A DNA stretch of 50,048 bases from Girardia tigrina (Eukaryota): contig MQRK01240330.1 of NCBI GenBank assembly GCA_001938485.1, forward strand, positions 1 to 50,048, written 5' to 3'. Both the position numbers and the translations under genes were made by a program. Each line of letters starts with the position of its first letter. Within the stretch, counting starts at the first letter, position 1. Positions 12,516 through 25,370 of this stretch are shown one piece after another. The notes under the pieces are model-generated. The model saw only the letters and a list, made by a program, of their open reading frames with translations, made no database searches and was not told the DNA's origin.

Positions 12516-13086
12516 CACTATAACGTTCGCCGCGTAATCAGAATTCTTTTGTTTGGCGTCGGTAGAACGGGCTCGCATGATTTGGCCCGTCGTCGGGGTT
12601 TTTCGAGGTTTTCGATAGGTTATAAAACGTTGTAAATGTAAATATATGTAAGACATTTTGTGCTATATATATTTTAGTCATAAATAATAAATTATTTTTC
12701 TGTGTACTCAATTATTCTTTTTTAAATGATATGAGGCAAAACATTCTCTTAAGTATAAAGCAACTCCATATAACTTACACATCAAATAAGTTTTCTTCCT
12801 TTTTATTTTTAGCTCCCACAGTCCTCCTTCTTCGTTTATGGGTTCTCAGAAATTCATATCGACTAGTGTTGTTTTAAATGTCCGGAAACTTCAATCATCG
12901 AATCACAATGAGACGCACGCCATGCAATAGGACCTCCAAGTTCAATTATTTTCAATAAAAAAGTCATGAAACCGCAGACTTTATAATTTGAGGGGTACCT
13001 TCGCATGCGACACTACTGTGGTATTACCGGCATTTAACCGATTATTTTCATAGGAAACCAACGAGGTGTCCCCGGGCAGCATAGTG
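12516..13086. mobile_element. Possible piggyBac-like non-autonomous element
   Basis: ttaa|cactat...atagtg|ttaa; only 6 bp of TIR match; GC-richer subterminal regions. Confidence 0.5.
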
Positions 13087-13599
13087 TTAAAAGTAAAAGT
13101 ATACGTCAAACTAAATATTCTATGATGGCGAAGTTTGTGACACTTTATACCACAAATGATCCTATTTTTTATTATTTACATAAGAAATATTTACAAAAAT
13201 TTAGAAAGCAAAAGACATTTTTCAAAGTACAAAGTCAAACGTTCTCTTTTATTATTAATAATATAATAACAATAATTATAATAATTTTAGTACAAATAAT
13301 AATTTCTAAAAAAGAAATAAATATCGGACATTCTTTTGAAAAGTCATTAGGTTTCCTCATTTACCCAAAAATTGCTAATTAAATCCTATTTCCAATTTTA
13401 ATTATTTAATTTTGATTTTTTAGTTTACGAAAATTTTTTTTCCATAACCGAAATTAAATTTTCCCAAATTATCATTTTCGCATTTTCCACCAACAAAACC
13501 AAATTTTGATTGCTTTTAAAGTGTTAAAAAAAAATCGAAAAAAAAATTTAATCGAATTGCAAATTATACCCCCTTCTTTTTTCTTCTCTTGTGCAAATT

Positions 13600-13980
13600 A
13601 TTTCTACAGAACCTGACTAATAATACCGTCATGAAACAATTTGATAATCTTTTCTAAAGGTCGTTTTTATTTCCATGTAACACCGGATAAATGCTTCACC
13701 ACCTCGAGGTCTGACATCCCAATTCAGTGGCCACAGCTGCCTTCGTTATCTCAACATGTTGACATTAATAGGTAACAGAAATTAGGTTGACACGGCCACC
13801 TGACACATGTTGTCATTAAATTGTTATATTTGTTTTCTAATTCTCATCTCAATGAACATTTTATTACATTTATTCTTTCCTCTAGGTGGCAAATAACTCT
13901 TCAACATTGCACCCAATTAACCGTATCCATTTCCTATCATTGACTGTTTAATTATTAATTATGCTATTCAAGGCGCCGTT
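13600..13980. promoter_or_regulatory. Candidate intronic enhancer of Nkx6
   Basis: Complex-sequence island in AT-rich intron 2 with five TGACA/TGTCA sites in about 110 bp, E-boxes cagctg and cacctg, and TAAT cores. Confidence 0.4.
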
Positions 13981-14738
13981 CTTTTTTTTAAAAAAAATAA
14001 ATACATACAAAATTATCACTCAGAAATATAATTATTTTTAATAACAATAATAATGACAGTGATCTAAAATTATTGCAATTAAAAATAATTATAATATTTA
14101 TACGAAAAAAAATTAATAGTTAAAAAAATATTTTAAATTGTGTGAATGTGTGCGTGCGCGTGTGCGTGTGCGCAAAAAGTCTGTGAACGAATTAACATTA
14201 TTTAAATAGATTTTAGATAATGCTAATTTAAGAAAATTATTATGACATATTTTGATACCATTCAAGGCCGTCGCGAGGGGGAAGGAAATCGAAACCTTCG
14301 TGTATAAAGACATTGGAAAATTATAATGGGATTTTTTTAATAAGAAAATAAATAAGCTGAAGAAAATTACATTTCGAAAATAGATAAAATAAATTTATTG
14401 ATTAAAATAAAAATAACAATTACTTATTATTATTTAAATCTTTAAATTATTAAATTTTTTTTCGTAATAGTAATAATCTTTATAAAAAAATTAAAAAATA
14501 ACCATTTTAGATATTGAAATTAAATTGAAACTTAATAAACAAAATTAAAAAAAATAAATAACAATACTAATCAAAATCATTTTAATTAAAACTAATTAAA
14601 ATAATTACTAAAAAAAATAAGAAAATTAATTACATTGAATGTACATATAATTTGAACATAAAAACAACATTTCTAATTAAGTTTTTTTAGCAACAAAAAA
14701 AATTTTAAAAATTATAAAAAAAATTTTTTTTCTTTTAC

Positions 14739-14917
14739 CTTCACTTGACTTTCCGACATACCGAGCAAATAAGCCAATCTCGTCCGTTCAGGACCGGCTA
14801 AATATTTCGTTTGTTCGAATTTCTTTTCCAATGCAAAAATCTGCTGCCCTGAAAATGTCGGTCTTGTATGCTTTCGCCGACTCGACTCAATTAATGGAGA
14901 AGAAATCCTCGTTTCAC
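14739..14917 (-). CDS. Nkx6: NK6 homeobox gene, coding exon 2 (homeodomain helices 1-2)
   Basis: Encodes [47 protein letters not shown], diagnostic of Nkx6. Acceptor tttaatag|GT (phase 1); donor GTGAAG|gtaaaag (phase 0). Confidence 0.96.
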
Positions 14918-15522
14918 CTATTAAAAAAAATTTTTTAAAAAACAAAAAAAAACAAAAACAAACTAAATTCTCAATTATTAAAATCGAGAGAAAAGGAAAT
15001 CAATTAAAATAAATTTTCTAAAAATGTTTGATTTATGTCTAATAATATTCTTTCACATAAAGAAATGGTAATTTGATTAAAGAATATAATTCCTGTTCCC
15101 AGAATAGATAGATCATTGACCAGATTGCCCTTAATCAGATCAAAAGCCCGCGATAAAGTTTCTATTCTTTTTTTTCGGGGGAAAACAACAAATCTCAACA
15201 ACTCGAACCAGGGGGGATCGGGATTTAATTGATTTTTATATCATCCAGATTTAATAAATTATTGCGTGCCCGCTCTAAATCTCATAAAAAAGATACGCTC
15301 AGTGACAAAAAAAAATAATCAATGTTTTATTGTTTTTTAATTAAATAAAATTACATTCCCCCATCGAAAAATAAACAACCACAAAAAAAAACAATAGAAA
15401 ATTTATTTTTAATATTTTTTTCTTATTATATTTTCGTTTTTTGTATTATTTTTGTTAATTTTCTTTTACAAAAAAAAAGAAAAATCGTTAATAAATTCGA
15501 TTTTATTTATGTTCCAACTTAC

Positions 15523-15901
15523 TGTGGTTGGAATTTTCTGATTTGGGTTTTTTTGTTCCGGGTAATGAAGACGATTTCGAACAAATGTCCAGGGATTTTT
15601 GGATGGGGTTGGGATAAAATTCGGTTTTCGGGTTCTCTATCCGACTCAGAATGTCCATGATTCCGTGAGGGGTTTTGAATTGGTTATCTAACGGTTGGGG
15701 ACTCGTGGGGATCGATTTCGACACGAAAATCGACTTTAACCATTGGGACGTGTTAAATGCAAAATCCAAATCTTTCGGTAATTCGGGTAAAAATCGTGCC
15801 GCATGGAAATTGGAATAATTAATCGGAAACCCGTTCGAATAATTGTTGGGATGTTGTCTTAAAGTCAAATCCATCAGTTGAGTGATTGTTAAATGTGACA
15901 T
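15523..15901 (-). CDS. Nkx6: NK6 homeobox gene, coding exon 1 (ATG; eh1/TN motif TPHGIMDILS)
   Basis: ORF 15503..15901 contains FKTPHGIMDILSR, the Nkx6-type engrailed-homology motif. Minus-strand donor CACA|gtaagt at 15522; 379 nt gives phase 1, matching the exon 2 acceptor. Confidence 0.88.
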
Positions 15902-15949
15902 TGCAATTTCAAATATTTGCCTTTATCATTTCGCAATAAATTCAGTGTG

Positions 15950-16150
15950 TATTAAAAATTAATTTAAATCAACCAATTAAATCGCCGGAAAGCGTTTTAA
16001 AAATAACATTATCAATTCAATCATGCAGAACGCGTTTTGATTGGTTGAAATTAAACGCAAATTGCACAGACCGAATAACAATTGAATATGTACACAACGG
16101 TCCACCTGTTACGATATGCCGTAATTATTTGCACTTAATCAATTAAATAA
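15950..16150 (-). promoter_or_regulatory. Candidate proximal promoter/5' region of Nkx6
   Basis: Non-repetitive, less AT-rich stretch just upstream of the ATG with CCAAT in both orientations (aaccaat, attggtt), E-box cacctg and Sox-like aacaat. Motif inspection only. Confidence 0.4.
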
Positions 16151-16292
16151 ATACAAATTGATAAGATTTATTTAAATAAATATTTAATAGAAATTAAATA
16201 ATTGACACAATAACAATAATAATCATTTTTTTAATTAATTTGTCATGATCAAAAATATACTGTCTCGCACGGATATGGAAAGTCGGGATTTG

Positions 16293-16343
<51 letters not shown>

Positions 16344-16612
16344 TTTTCTTCTTCTTTTTCTTTTTACTAACACTTTGAAAGATTTTCTTATTTTTTTCTT
16401 GTTGTATTTGTTCGTAAAGAATAAGAAAAGAAAATTAAAAAAATATAATTATTAGGAAGAAAATATTTATTTTTTTTATGTAAGGAAATAATAATAGTCA
16501 AAGAATTTTTTTAAAGATAATTAAATTTAAATCATTTTATTTTGAATAATATGATAAGAAAAATAAACATTTATTTTGGGAATATTTTGTTAAAAGAAAT
16601 ATATGAGTAATA

Positions 16613-17194
16613 CTTAGGCACTCACATGATTTTTTCCAGGGGGGAAAAAATTTTCCTTTGGTAGAATTTTTCTAGAGGGGGGACAAAATTTAAAACTTAT
16701 GGGTAGAATTTTTTGAAAATAGCAAATTATTTAATTATTCAGTTTTGTTCTCATCATATTCAAAATTATAAAAAAATTACATTAATCAACAACAACATGC
16801 ACAATAAACAACATTACAAAGAAAATATTCAAATTGATTGTTATCAGAACAGACATGTTTTTTTCAAAGGTATTTGTCATGGGATATTGTTCCTAAATTA
16901 GTTTTTGTACACCATTTATTTTTCCGGCCATTAGAGACTAAAAATCTTTATGAAAATAATCTTTCATTCCCTGTTATTCATTTAATTGATTATTAATCTA
17001 TTTTTGGAATGTTATTTTTCTCAGCCTATTTATCTAATATATGTTTTTAGATTTTAACAGCCAATATCGTTCTAGCATTCAATTATAATTTTCCGATTTC
17101 TTAGTGAAATATGTTTTTTTAAGTTTTTAAAACATTATTTTTTAAAACAGGGGGGGCCAGTGCCCTACCTTGCATTCCTCTGTTGGCGCCATAG
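16613..17194. mobile_element. Non-autonomous hAT-like repeat
   Basis: Collinear similarity with 26495-26825 plus 27763-27817; inverted similarity to ~19435-19485; G/C-run subterminal motifs. Confidence 0.6.
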
Positions 17195-17699
17195 AGTAAG
17201 GAAGTTTATGGTCGACCAACTGGAAAAAAATCTAGTAAAACTTAATTTAATTTCATCAAATTAAATATATAATTAATTATTAATAATAATTTTTTGATAC
17301 GCGTATTCTCCCAAGAACGCGTCAATTGCATGGAAATGGAATTACTTATATATTAAAAGTTAATATTTTAAGGGGTTAGATACGATGTCTCCCGCCCTCC
17401 CAGGAAATTATTTGTCCAGAATTTAGTATTTTAAAGGTTCATCTTGGGTGGTCTTTATATTATATTAATAATATTTAACATAAAAAAAATTTTTCGATTG
17501 AATTTGTTACAGCAATTGTGTAAATAAAATTTTAAAACAATCTTTATATTATTTATTATTAAATTAGTGTTGATATTTTTTTTCGGTAAACGTATTTATT
17601 TTTAATTAAATTTCAATTTATTCTTATTAAAAAAAAATGATTTTCTTGTTTCTTTTTTTTAAAGAAAGATATTTTTCTTTCGAATTTTCGTTTCGCTTT

Positions 17700-18220
17700 A
17701 ATAAACCAGATGTCAAGGAAAAAATCAAAAAATGTCCTGTCAGATTGTTTTTGTCGGTGGGAAAGATGTGTTACTTCCCAATCAAAGGTCTGTCATCGTT
17801 CATGACACATTTTGGGTATGTCATAACATGGCCAAAACGAGGGGGACGACTCCGTTGAAAAGCTGTCTGATCGGTAAACGCAACACCTGTTACAAATAAA
17901 CACTTCCCGACAAATTAATTTGCTCGTTTCAATCATAATTGATATGTTCTAGTAAATGCGATGATTGTATAATTAACAGACCCCACTTTTTTCGGGCCTG
18001 ATTGTTGTGGAACCTCACGAACAATAAGACCTAATTTGGTGTTATTGTTCTGAATGGATTAGTACGATTGTATAATTCGAAACTCGAAATCAATTATTAT
18101 CCATCAGATTAGATCATCGATCTTTTACAAACCCGATCATACGGGCGACATTCTTTGTGCTCAGTGCCGATCAAAAAATTCATCAAGGATCAACAATCGA
18201 CACGAGCACGCTAATACAAA
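17700..18220. promoter_or_regulatory. Candidate upstream enhancer of Nkx6
   Basis: Complex-sequence island about 2 kb upstream with five TGACA/TGTCA sites in 17710-17825, cacctg, and several aacaat/attgtt motifs; no TE termini seen. Confidence 0.4.
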
Positions 18221-18800
18221 TAATGAAAAGTTATTTATCACCAATTTTTATTATATATTTAATAATTACTTTTCGGATTAAAAAGAAAATAAATACAAAT
18301 AGAAAATATAATCTTATTTAGTTAGAATTTACTATTAACAATTTGAAAGTAGGTTACTTTATAAAATATGACATTGAAGCAATTTATCACAACAATGTTT
18401 GAGTTTCTTTCATGTAATTAAGGGGCCTCTTATATGGGTAACAAATTATCAATGGGGGTACGTTATCAGACGTTAGAGAACGCGATAACCCTTGGTTAAC
18501 TATATCTGTCAAAATTTTTTAGGGGTAGGGGAATATTTTAAGTCTAAGAAAGATTATTAGACAATGTAATGACACTTAGAAGAAATACATATGTAAAGAT
18601 ACTATTTATAATTGTAAGCAACAAAAAGAATAAATAAAAAATATGAATATACAGATTCATATAAAAACCTTACCTTACATTTGTCCTTGAATAGCGAAAA
18701 TAATAGGAACATATCCTATTTTAAATCATGATTACTTAGTCGGGAGTGAGACCTTGCTGCCAATGGATAGACTATCTATGCCATTTATATGGGTGTCCTT

Positions 18801-19490
18801 CATGGGCGCCCCGAAGAGAGAATAAGGGGGCATTTGCCCCCCCCCCTCACTAGAAAATGTGTACAAAAAACAAAATATAAATAATAAATTAAATTTCACA
18901 GCAGATGCTACATTTTTATTTGCGTATTGGAACGATAAACCCATAAATAAAATTCAAAATCTGAGTTTCTTAGATTTAATACAGCATTCGTCAGTATTTT
19001 ATCTTTCTGTTTCTTTGGCCCTTACTCTGACATTGACACTTCCAGCTACTACTTGTACAGTAGAGAGATCATTTAGTACTCTACACAATTGGAAAACCTG
19101 GTTACGGTCAACTATGGTATAGAATAAACTGAATGGCCTTTGCAAGATGAGTGTCCATCGTCATATAATAGATAAAATGCAAGAACAATATTGTATAAGT
19201 GTTCTTAATCGATTTGCGTTAGAAAAGAGAAGGTTCCAATTTCTTTTTACAGAATAATTTGTGGTTGTAAATAAAACACTTTTGAAAAAAATACGTATTT
19301 TGATAAATATCAATTTGAATATTTTCTTTTTAATGTTGTTTATTGTGTAAGCTGTGGTTTATTAATGTGATTTATGTTTTTATGATTTGAAATTGATGAG
19401 AAGGAAAATAAATAAATAAATTACTATATTTAAAAAATTCTACCCAGTAGAAGTTTTATAATTTGCCCCCCCCTAGAAAAATTCTCTCTA
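18801..19490 (+). mobile_element. Internally deleted hAT element with dimerization-domain remnant
   Basis: Encodes LTLPATTCTVERSFSTLHNWKTWLRSTM; left end catgggcgcc. Confidence 0.8.
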
Positions 19491-19494
19491 AGGA

Positions 19495-20150
19495 TCTAAG
19501 CATCTTTATGACTGTGGATCCGATCACGATTGGGTAGTCTTATATCTTAGAAAAAAGATATAAAACAGCTAGTACGAAATGGAAGCCGAAAAAAATTGTC
19601 TAAAAGCACTCAGAGAGATCTTTTAACTTGTGACCGCGAAAATTTGTCGTTCAAGCTTCAGCGAACCATTGGGAAGCAGGACTAGGATAGGAAAACACAG
19701 TAAACGTTATTGCAACACTACTGGAAAAGTATTGGAAGGTCAAAAAGACACCTCTAAAGGGAAACTGGTTACATAGTCACAGAACTGAACTAAGCCATCT
19801 CATAAACGAAAGGAGTCACCACAGAAAGAAATAGATATTGCACCCTTCCGCAGAAAATCTACAGTGCTGGAGAGCCACTCGAAACAAGGTAACCTATTCC
19901 ATTTGTAAATGGAAGTGAGAAAGATTGATCAATCTCAGAAATGAGATTGAACAAACTTTAAATGTTGGAAGCTTCAAGAAGAAAGGTATGGCTTATGATG
20001 AGGTATCGTATGATGGGGAATCCAGAAACGAAAATTCATACGCGTTTTACGCCTGTGAGTCTCTAATAGTCTCTAATAGTCAAATGGCAAGTTATTATCA
20101 GAAGCTATTCGAAGCGCGCCCACTTATTAAGTGGGTGGATAAGACTCGAT
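19495..20150 (+). mobile_element. Possible decayed LINE (RTE-like) fragment
   Basis: YDCGSDHDWVV resembles the SDH motif ending APE endonucleases; the purine-rich sequence after it is full of stops. Confidence 0.35.
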
Positions 20151-20719
20151 AAGTTGTATCGGTATAGATCCAACGAACTGTCATGACCCTTCTGAGAGTT
20201 AACATTTCTGTAAACTCTTGAGCCCCCAGTAGTTATTAAGGGTCAACCATAACCCAATATAATTCGCACTTGATTTTATGTGTTTCTGTGTGAAGGGTTC
20301 AGACGCCTCTCCCTCGCCTGAAATCTGACTATCAGTGCCAAGTTTGAAGGGCCATCGGGTTCGATTTTAAGTCAGGACGGGCTGTGGGCCCCCGACTAGC
20401 TCAGCGGCCCTCGGGGTTGATTTCATTTTATTTTCATTATTGTTCATACTTGTCTAATCTCGGCACCATCTCATTCATTTATATCACTGTATCGTTGTAT
20501 TGGTTGTTTATCCGCTCTGAGTGTGCGTCTCTCATGCATTATGCGACTTGTTCTAAAACGTTTTGACGTCATAGTTGCAGTTTGTCTGCCATTGATATGT
20601 TAGTCGAGATGATTATGAAATTGTCGTTACGAATCTAGTAATATATAGTTATATTAATCAATTATCCATCAATATATATAGTTATATTAATTCATTAGTT
20701 ATTCATCAATATTTAAGAA

Positions 20720-23515
20720 AATCCCCCCATGACCTTTTTTCAGATAATGCCCCCCTCCAGTCCAAGACAAAAGTAATAGACTGGGGGGGCAATTTTTTAA
20801 AATTAATTTTTAAAAATACTTTTGTGATCATAACCTGATGCTTTTGCAACAACAGAAGATTCAAACTTCGCTGTTCTAGCATAAGACTAAACCACAAACA
20901 CACACGTTGGCCCCATCGCAAAAGAAGAATCTATTATCATCACTTCTCAAAATACTATGGAATGGTACAAGGACAGAAAAGTGAATGTAAAATGATAAGT
21001 AGAAAATAGTAGAGCCTGTTTGGAAGCATTTATGTTTGCACCTGCTGAAGGGAAGTGTAAAACACCATATGTGAAAGGGAGAACGTGTGAAAAGTTTGTT
21101 AATGTAGCTTGCAAGTTTGCTCACAATTGTACTGTTTACTTGGATTATTGCAGCCTTATAGATACAACTGTAAAAGTGAAGGCTGTCATAGATCACCTTG
21201 ACTCAATCTTCCATAAGGCAACATGTAGATTTAGAATTTCAGTTAAAAATTCAGTCCTCTCATCACTATTGGCTGAAATTTTAGCAAAAGTACCGTGCGG
21301 AAGTTATGGAGTTTCTTATCTCACTCGTCGTGGACGTTTATAATGACAGTTTGATATGTCCTCCTTCTGCCAACAGCTTGCCTTCAAGGTTTTTAACTCA
21401 AGTTCACAGATCCAAAATTATTAACATTCTCTGCGATGCAGTATCAAATTGAGCCTCCATATTCCACCACTAAACAGATCGGTTTTGTAATTTGAATATC
21501 TACATTTTGTTTATTTTTTTTTAATTTATATAATAAAAAAATTCTTTGTTTTTATTTTTATGCTTTTTATGAATCTTCAAGTTTAGGAGTTTTAATTTAA
21601 TTTTGAATTTTTATTTTATTAATATGTTAATTTAGTTCTTAAATTTGAAATAATTTTTTAAATGTTGTGAAATTGGCGTATACAACAGAAATGAATTCTC
21701 CATCGGAGGAATTTCAACCTCCCTTATTGACATTACATTACAAAGATCCAAACTGCTATCGAGGAGTACTACATACAGTTGCTGGAGAAGTTCAGAAGGA
21801 ACTCACTCGTGAGCTACAGGATTTTGTTGCTTACGTAGTATAAGTTGATAGCAGCGTCAATCGGCAAATGGTGGATTACAAGTAAGTCTCTGTGAGAATA
21901 GTTACAAAAGAGCGTGAAGTAAAGAAAGTCTTCAAAATCTTCGACGAACCTCAAAATATTGGAGCCCTTTGACTGCTGTAAGACACTTAGGAGGCGCTTA
22001 AGACCATGGTCGCACCATCTTCCAAGCTGATTGGTGTTACAACAGATGGCGAAAGAGCTAATACATGGTTAACAAGGGGCTTTTGAAGCTTATGAAGAAC
22101 TGGTTGCTTAGTAATCTATTGATGTTCTGGTGTTTTGTTCACAGGAGTGACCTCGCTTTTAAAAGCATTGAAGGAGGCGTTTCGGAGCTGTGTATCTGAA
22201 TTAAAAAATGCCAAGTCTCTAGCTAACTTTTCCAGGACATCTAAAAAGACAACGAAACTCCTACATCAATTTCAACCAAAGGTGAATCATTTCCCTGCTC
22301 ATTGCGAAGTTTTATTTGCGGAGCACATAATCAACCTTTTAATAGTCATTCTTCATAATCTTTACGGCTGCAAGGAAGTTTTTAAGTTTTTAGAAGTAAA
22401 AGGTGAATTTAAAAAAAAGAGCAACAGCACGGATATATTTGAAGACATGGGCATATGAATCGCATCAAGTTTGGCTTAACGATTTCATAGTTGATGTTTT
22501 GAAAATATTTCGTGATTTGCAAAAGCAGCTACAGCTTGACGATCTGATTATACCAGATAAAATAATCAATAGAGATTCGACACTTCGTAAATTAGACCTT
22601 ATATCCACGGCCCCCTATCCTGGTGGAAAGGAAGAGAAACTACAGCCCCAGGAAACAGAGACTCATTTTATGAGCTGTTAACACGTATATGCCAAATACA
22701 AGAAGTCAGGATGCAGTGCGCCTCGAAATTTTATAATCAGCACAGAATTATCTTGGAGATAGATTTGATGTTTAACAAGAATTAGTCCAAGACATATTAA
22801 CTCTTTTGTAAACAGCAGAACTCGAAATATTTATTAATGCAGAAGTAAAAATAACATGACATTTGTTTTCAGAAGAAATCCAGCGCTTTGCAGATGACTG
22901 TGCTGAGCAATGGTCAATAAATGCTTTACCCTAATTTAAGATGAAATACTTTCTACAGCGCTACTGCGGCGTACTTTTGAAAGTAATATCGTTTTCGGTA
23001 ACACTTACTCCTCACAGCATGCTTCCTCAGATGCTTGATTCTTTGTACAACTTGAACGTTTAAGCCCATCGCACGAGCAAATCAGCTTAGACAGCCAACT
23101 CTGACATAATGATTGCCATGAATATCAAGGGGACCTGCAAGTTTGATCCTCACAGTGTTGAGGTAGTATTCTTGTGTGTGAAAGAAATACGAGAAATAAA
23201 CCCAACCTTGCTATTTATTCACAAAGTGACTTTGTTGCCAATTCTTTTTTTAAAAGTAACATGTGTTGAAGTGTTATGTAATATAACTCGTATCGGACTA
23301 TTTGTAAAATGTTATGGGTCGGGTGACTTGTGTATTTTCTTCTTTTAAATTTAAGAACACTTGATAAAAAACTGTATGGAATAAGAAAATTCATTATAAA
23401 AAACAAGGAAGAATAACTATTTGTATCCGAGATTAAAAGTTACCGAATTTCGGCACATGACCATTTCAGATTGCTTGTGCCCCCCCAGTGAAAATTTCTT
23501 AAAAAAGGCCCTGCC
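20720..23515 (+). mobile_element. Decayed hAT transposase (ZNF862-like type)
   Basis: Remnants IDHLDSIFH, VDSSVNRQ, GVTTDGE, WCFVHRSDLAF (CxxH motif) and MIAMNIKG...FDP; many frameshifts; right end ...ggccctg. Confidence 0.7.
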
Positions 23516-23825
23516 CCCCACCCGAAAAATTTTAATTATGATCTTAATTACCGATATGTTTCGCAGAACATAGAAATTTTTCTTCTTCGAAACATAAAAC
23601 ATGTTGCAGATTAGAAATCCTCCTATATATAGTAATGAACAATGTACCAGTGATATTAGTGGTATTTCGATGGTATAATAAATTTTATTAATAATTAATT
23701 TAATTTTTTTAACTGTAAAAATTAAAAATCAGAAAAGAAAACAAGTATGATGTATTATTAAATCCCCCGCAATATTTTTTGCATACACGCCTGCTAAGTA
23801 AACATGTATCACCACATATTATATA

Positions 23826-24255
23826 CCGTGTTTCCCCGAAAGTAAGACAGTGTCTTACTTTCTTTTTATCCCTAAAAGCCCCACTATGTCTTACTTTCGG
23901 GGTATGTTTTATATTGGGAAAAAAATGTCGAATCTTTTGTTTTAACATAAAATTAACATTTATTAACAACCTGAATAGTATTGTATTCACCACAAAACAG
24001 GTTAATAAAAGGAAGTGCCAAGAATGTCTTGCTACAACATTGCATAACATGTAAAACAATGGCACCCCCCCAGGGTGCGGCCCGCACCCCCAGCCCCACT
24101 CTTTGTACCGCACGCCACTGGAGACAAATCCCCCCGTGTTTCCCCGAAAGTAAGACATATGTCTTACTTTCGGGGTACGGCTTATATTAGCTGACCCTTC
24201 TGAAACACCCGATACGTCTTACAATCGGGAGTGTCTTACTATCGGGGAAACACGG
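23826..24255. mobile_element. Tc1/pogo-type MITE
   Basis: ta|ccgtgtttccccgaaagtaagaca...tgtcttactatcggggaaacacgg|ta; the TIR motif recurs internally in both orientations. Confidence 0.9.
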
Positions 24256-24559
24256 TAAGAATACTTACTGTTATTAGAATACTCACCATTATTAGAATCG
24301 AATTCAAGATGAATAAGAACATTATTTTTTATTCACAGACCTTTTAAAATAAATATAGTAATAAATATGAATACGTTAAAATTTTAATTTAAATTTTATA
24401 ATCTTGCAGTTTTCAAATATACAATTTTACAAATTTAAAGTTTCAGAATTTTAAATTATAACGTTAAAAAGTTTTCGTAAGTACAAAATCCTGGCATTCC
24501 CCTCATTTTTGAATTTTTTGAACTTTCCCACATTGCATAATATTTACTTAACATTTTAT

Positions 24560-25370
24560 CCTTGAATCTATAACACCTAAATAATGTTGGTCTCTATCAT
24601 CAACATATGAAAAAGCAGATGCAAGCATAGATAAACTAACAGAACTATTGCAGAAAAATGAATATTCGAAATCATTTTTAGAGAAACTAACTGATGAGAC
24701 GATAGACAAATTAATGAATAAAGAACATGAGTGTAAAGGCGAATTAAAACCCGATAAATTATCTAATGAAAATTCTAATATTGGATATACGCTAATTGTT
24801 CCTTATTCAGAAGGTTACAATAAAAATTTAAATCGTCTATTTTAAAATCAATCGATAGTAAAAATTTGAATTTAAAAATCATTTCTAAATCTTACAAAAT
24901 TCAAAGTATGTTCAGCAATAAATCTCGTACTCCTTTGAGTTTATGTTCCAATCTGNNNNNNNAATTTTCGTGTAATGGGTGCAACGCTACATACATTGGA
25001 GAGACGTCTCGTCATCTCTGTAAACGGATTCAGGAGCATGGACGATTGGGTAGTGGGATTAATATTGCTGGACATATGAAGGGCCGTAAGTCGGAGGTGA
25101 AAACAACTAATTTTAAAATATTGTGCAATAATTTTAAAAATTATTGGGAAAGAGTTACTTGTGAAGCATTATTGATTAAATCACTTAATCCGTCCATTAA
25201 TGTCCAAACAAGTCGCTCTTCCAATTTTTAGAAAATATTTAATTAGTTGTTATGCAAGATGTTTGCATAATCATCAATTTGCTATATATAAGACAGCGAA
25301 ATTGTTGTTAATTCAGCCTGAAGATGGTGGAAAATCCACCGAAATATATTGCGACAATAAAATTTGAGTT
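24560..25370 (+). mobile_element. 5'-truncated Penelope element (thumb/linker, GIY-YIG, hammerhead motif)
   Basis: ORFs 24648..24845 and 24866..25231 (FSCNGCNATYIGETSRHLCKRIQEH...EALLIKSLNPSINVQ). Confidence 0.92.
25315..25352 (+). ncRNA. Minimal type I hammerhead ribozyme motif
   Basis: CTGAAGA-t-ggtgg-aaaat-ccacc-GAAA-tata-tt, about 85 nt after the GIY-YIG ORF stop. Confidence 0.72.

Noticed and set aside
14140-14174. Alternating purine-pyrimidine tract in Nkx6 intron 2
   Set aside because: Short, degenerate microsatellite with no evidence of function.
20179-20573. Possible solo LTR (tgtcatgac...gacgtcata)
   Set aside because: Right end is not CA and the flanks (gaac / gttg) give no TSD; left unclassified.
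23826-24255. Repeated ccccgaaagtaagaca units resembling a CRISPR array
   Set aside because: Irregular spacing, both orientations and TA-flanked TIRs indicate a MITE; eukaryotic context with no cas genes.
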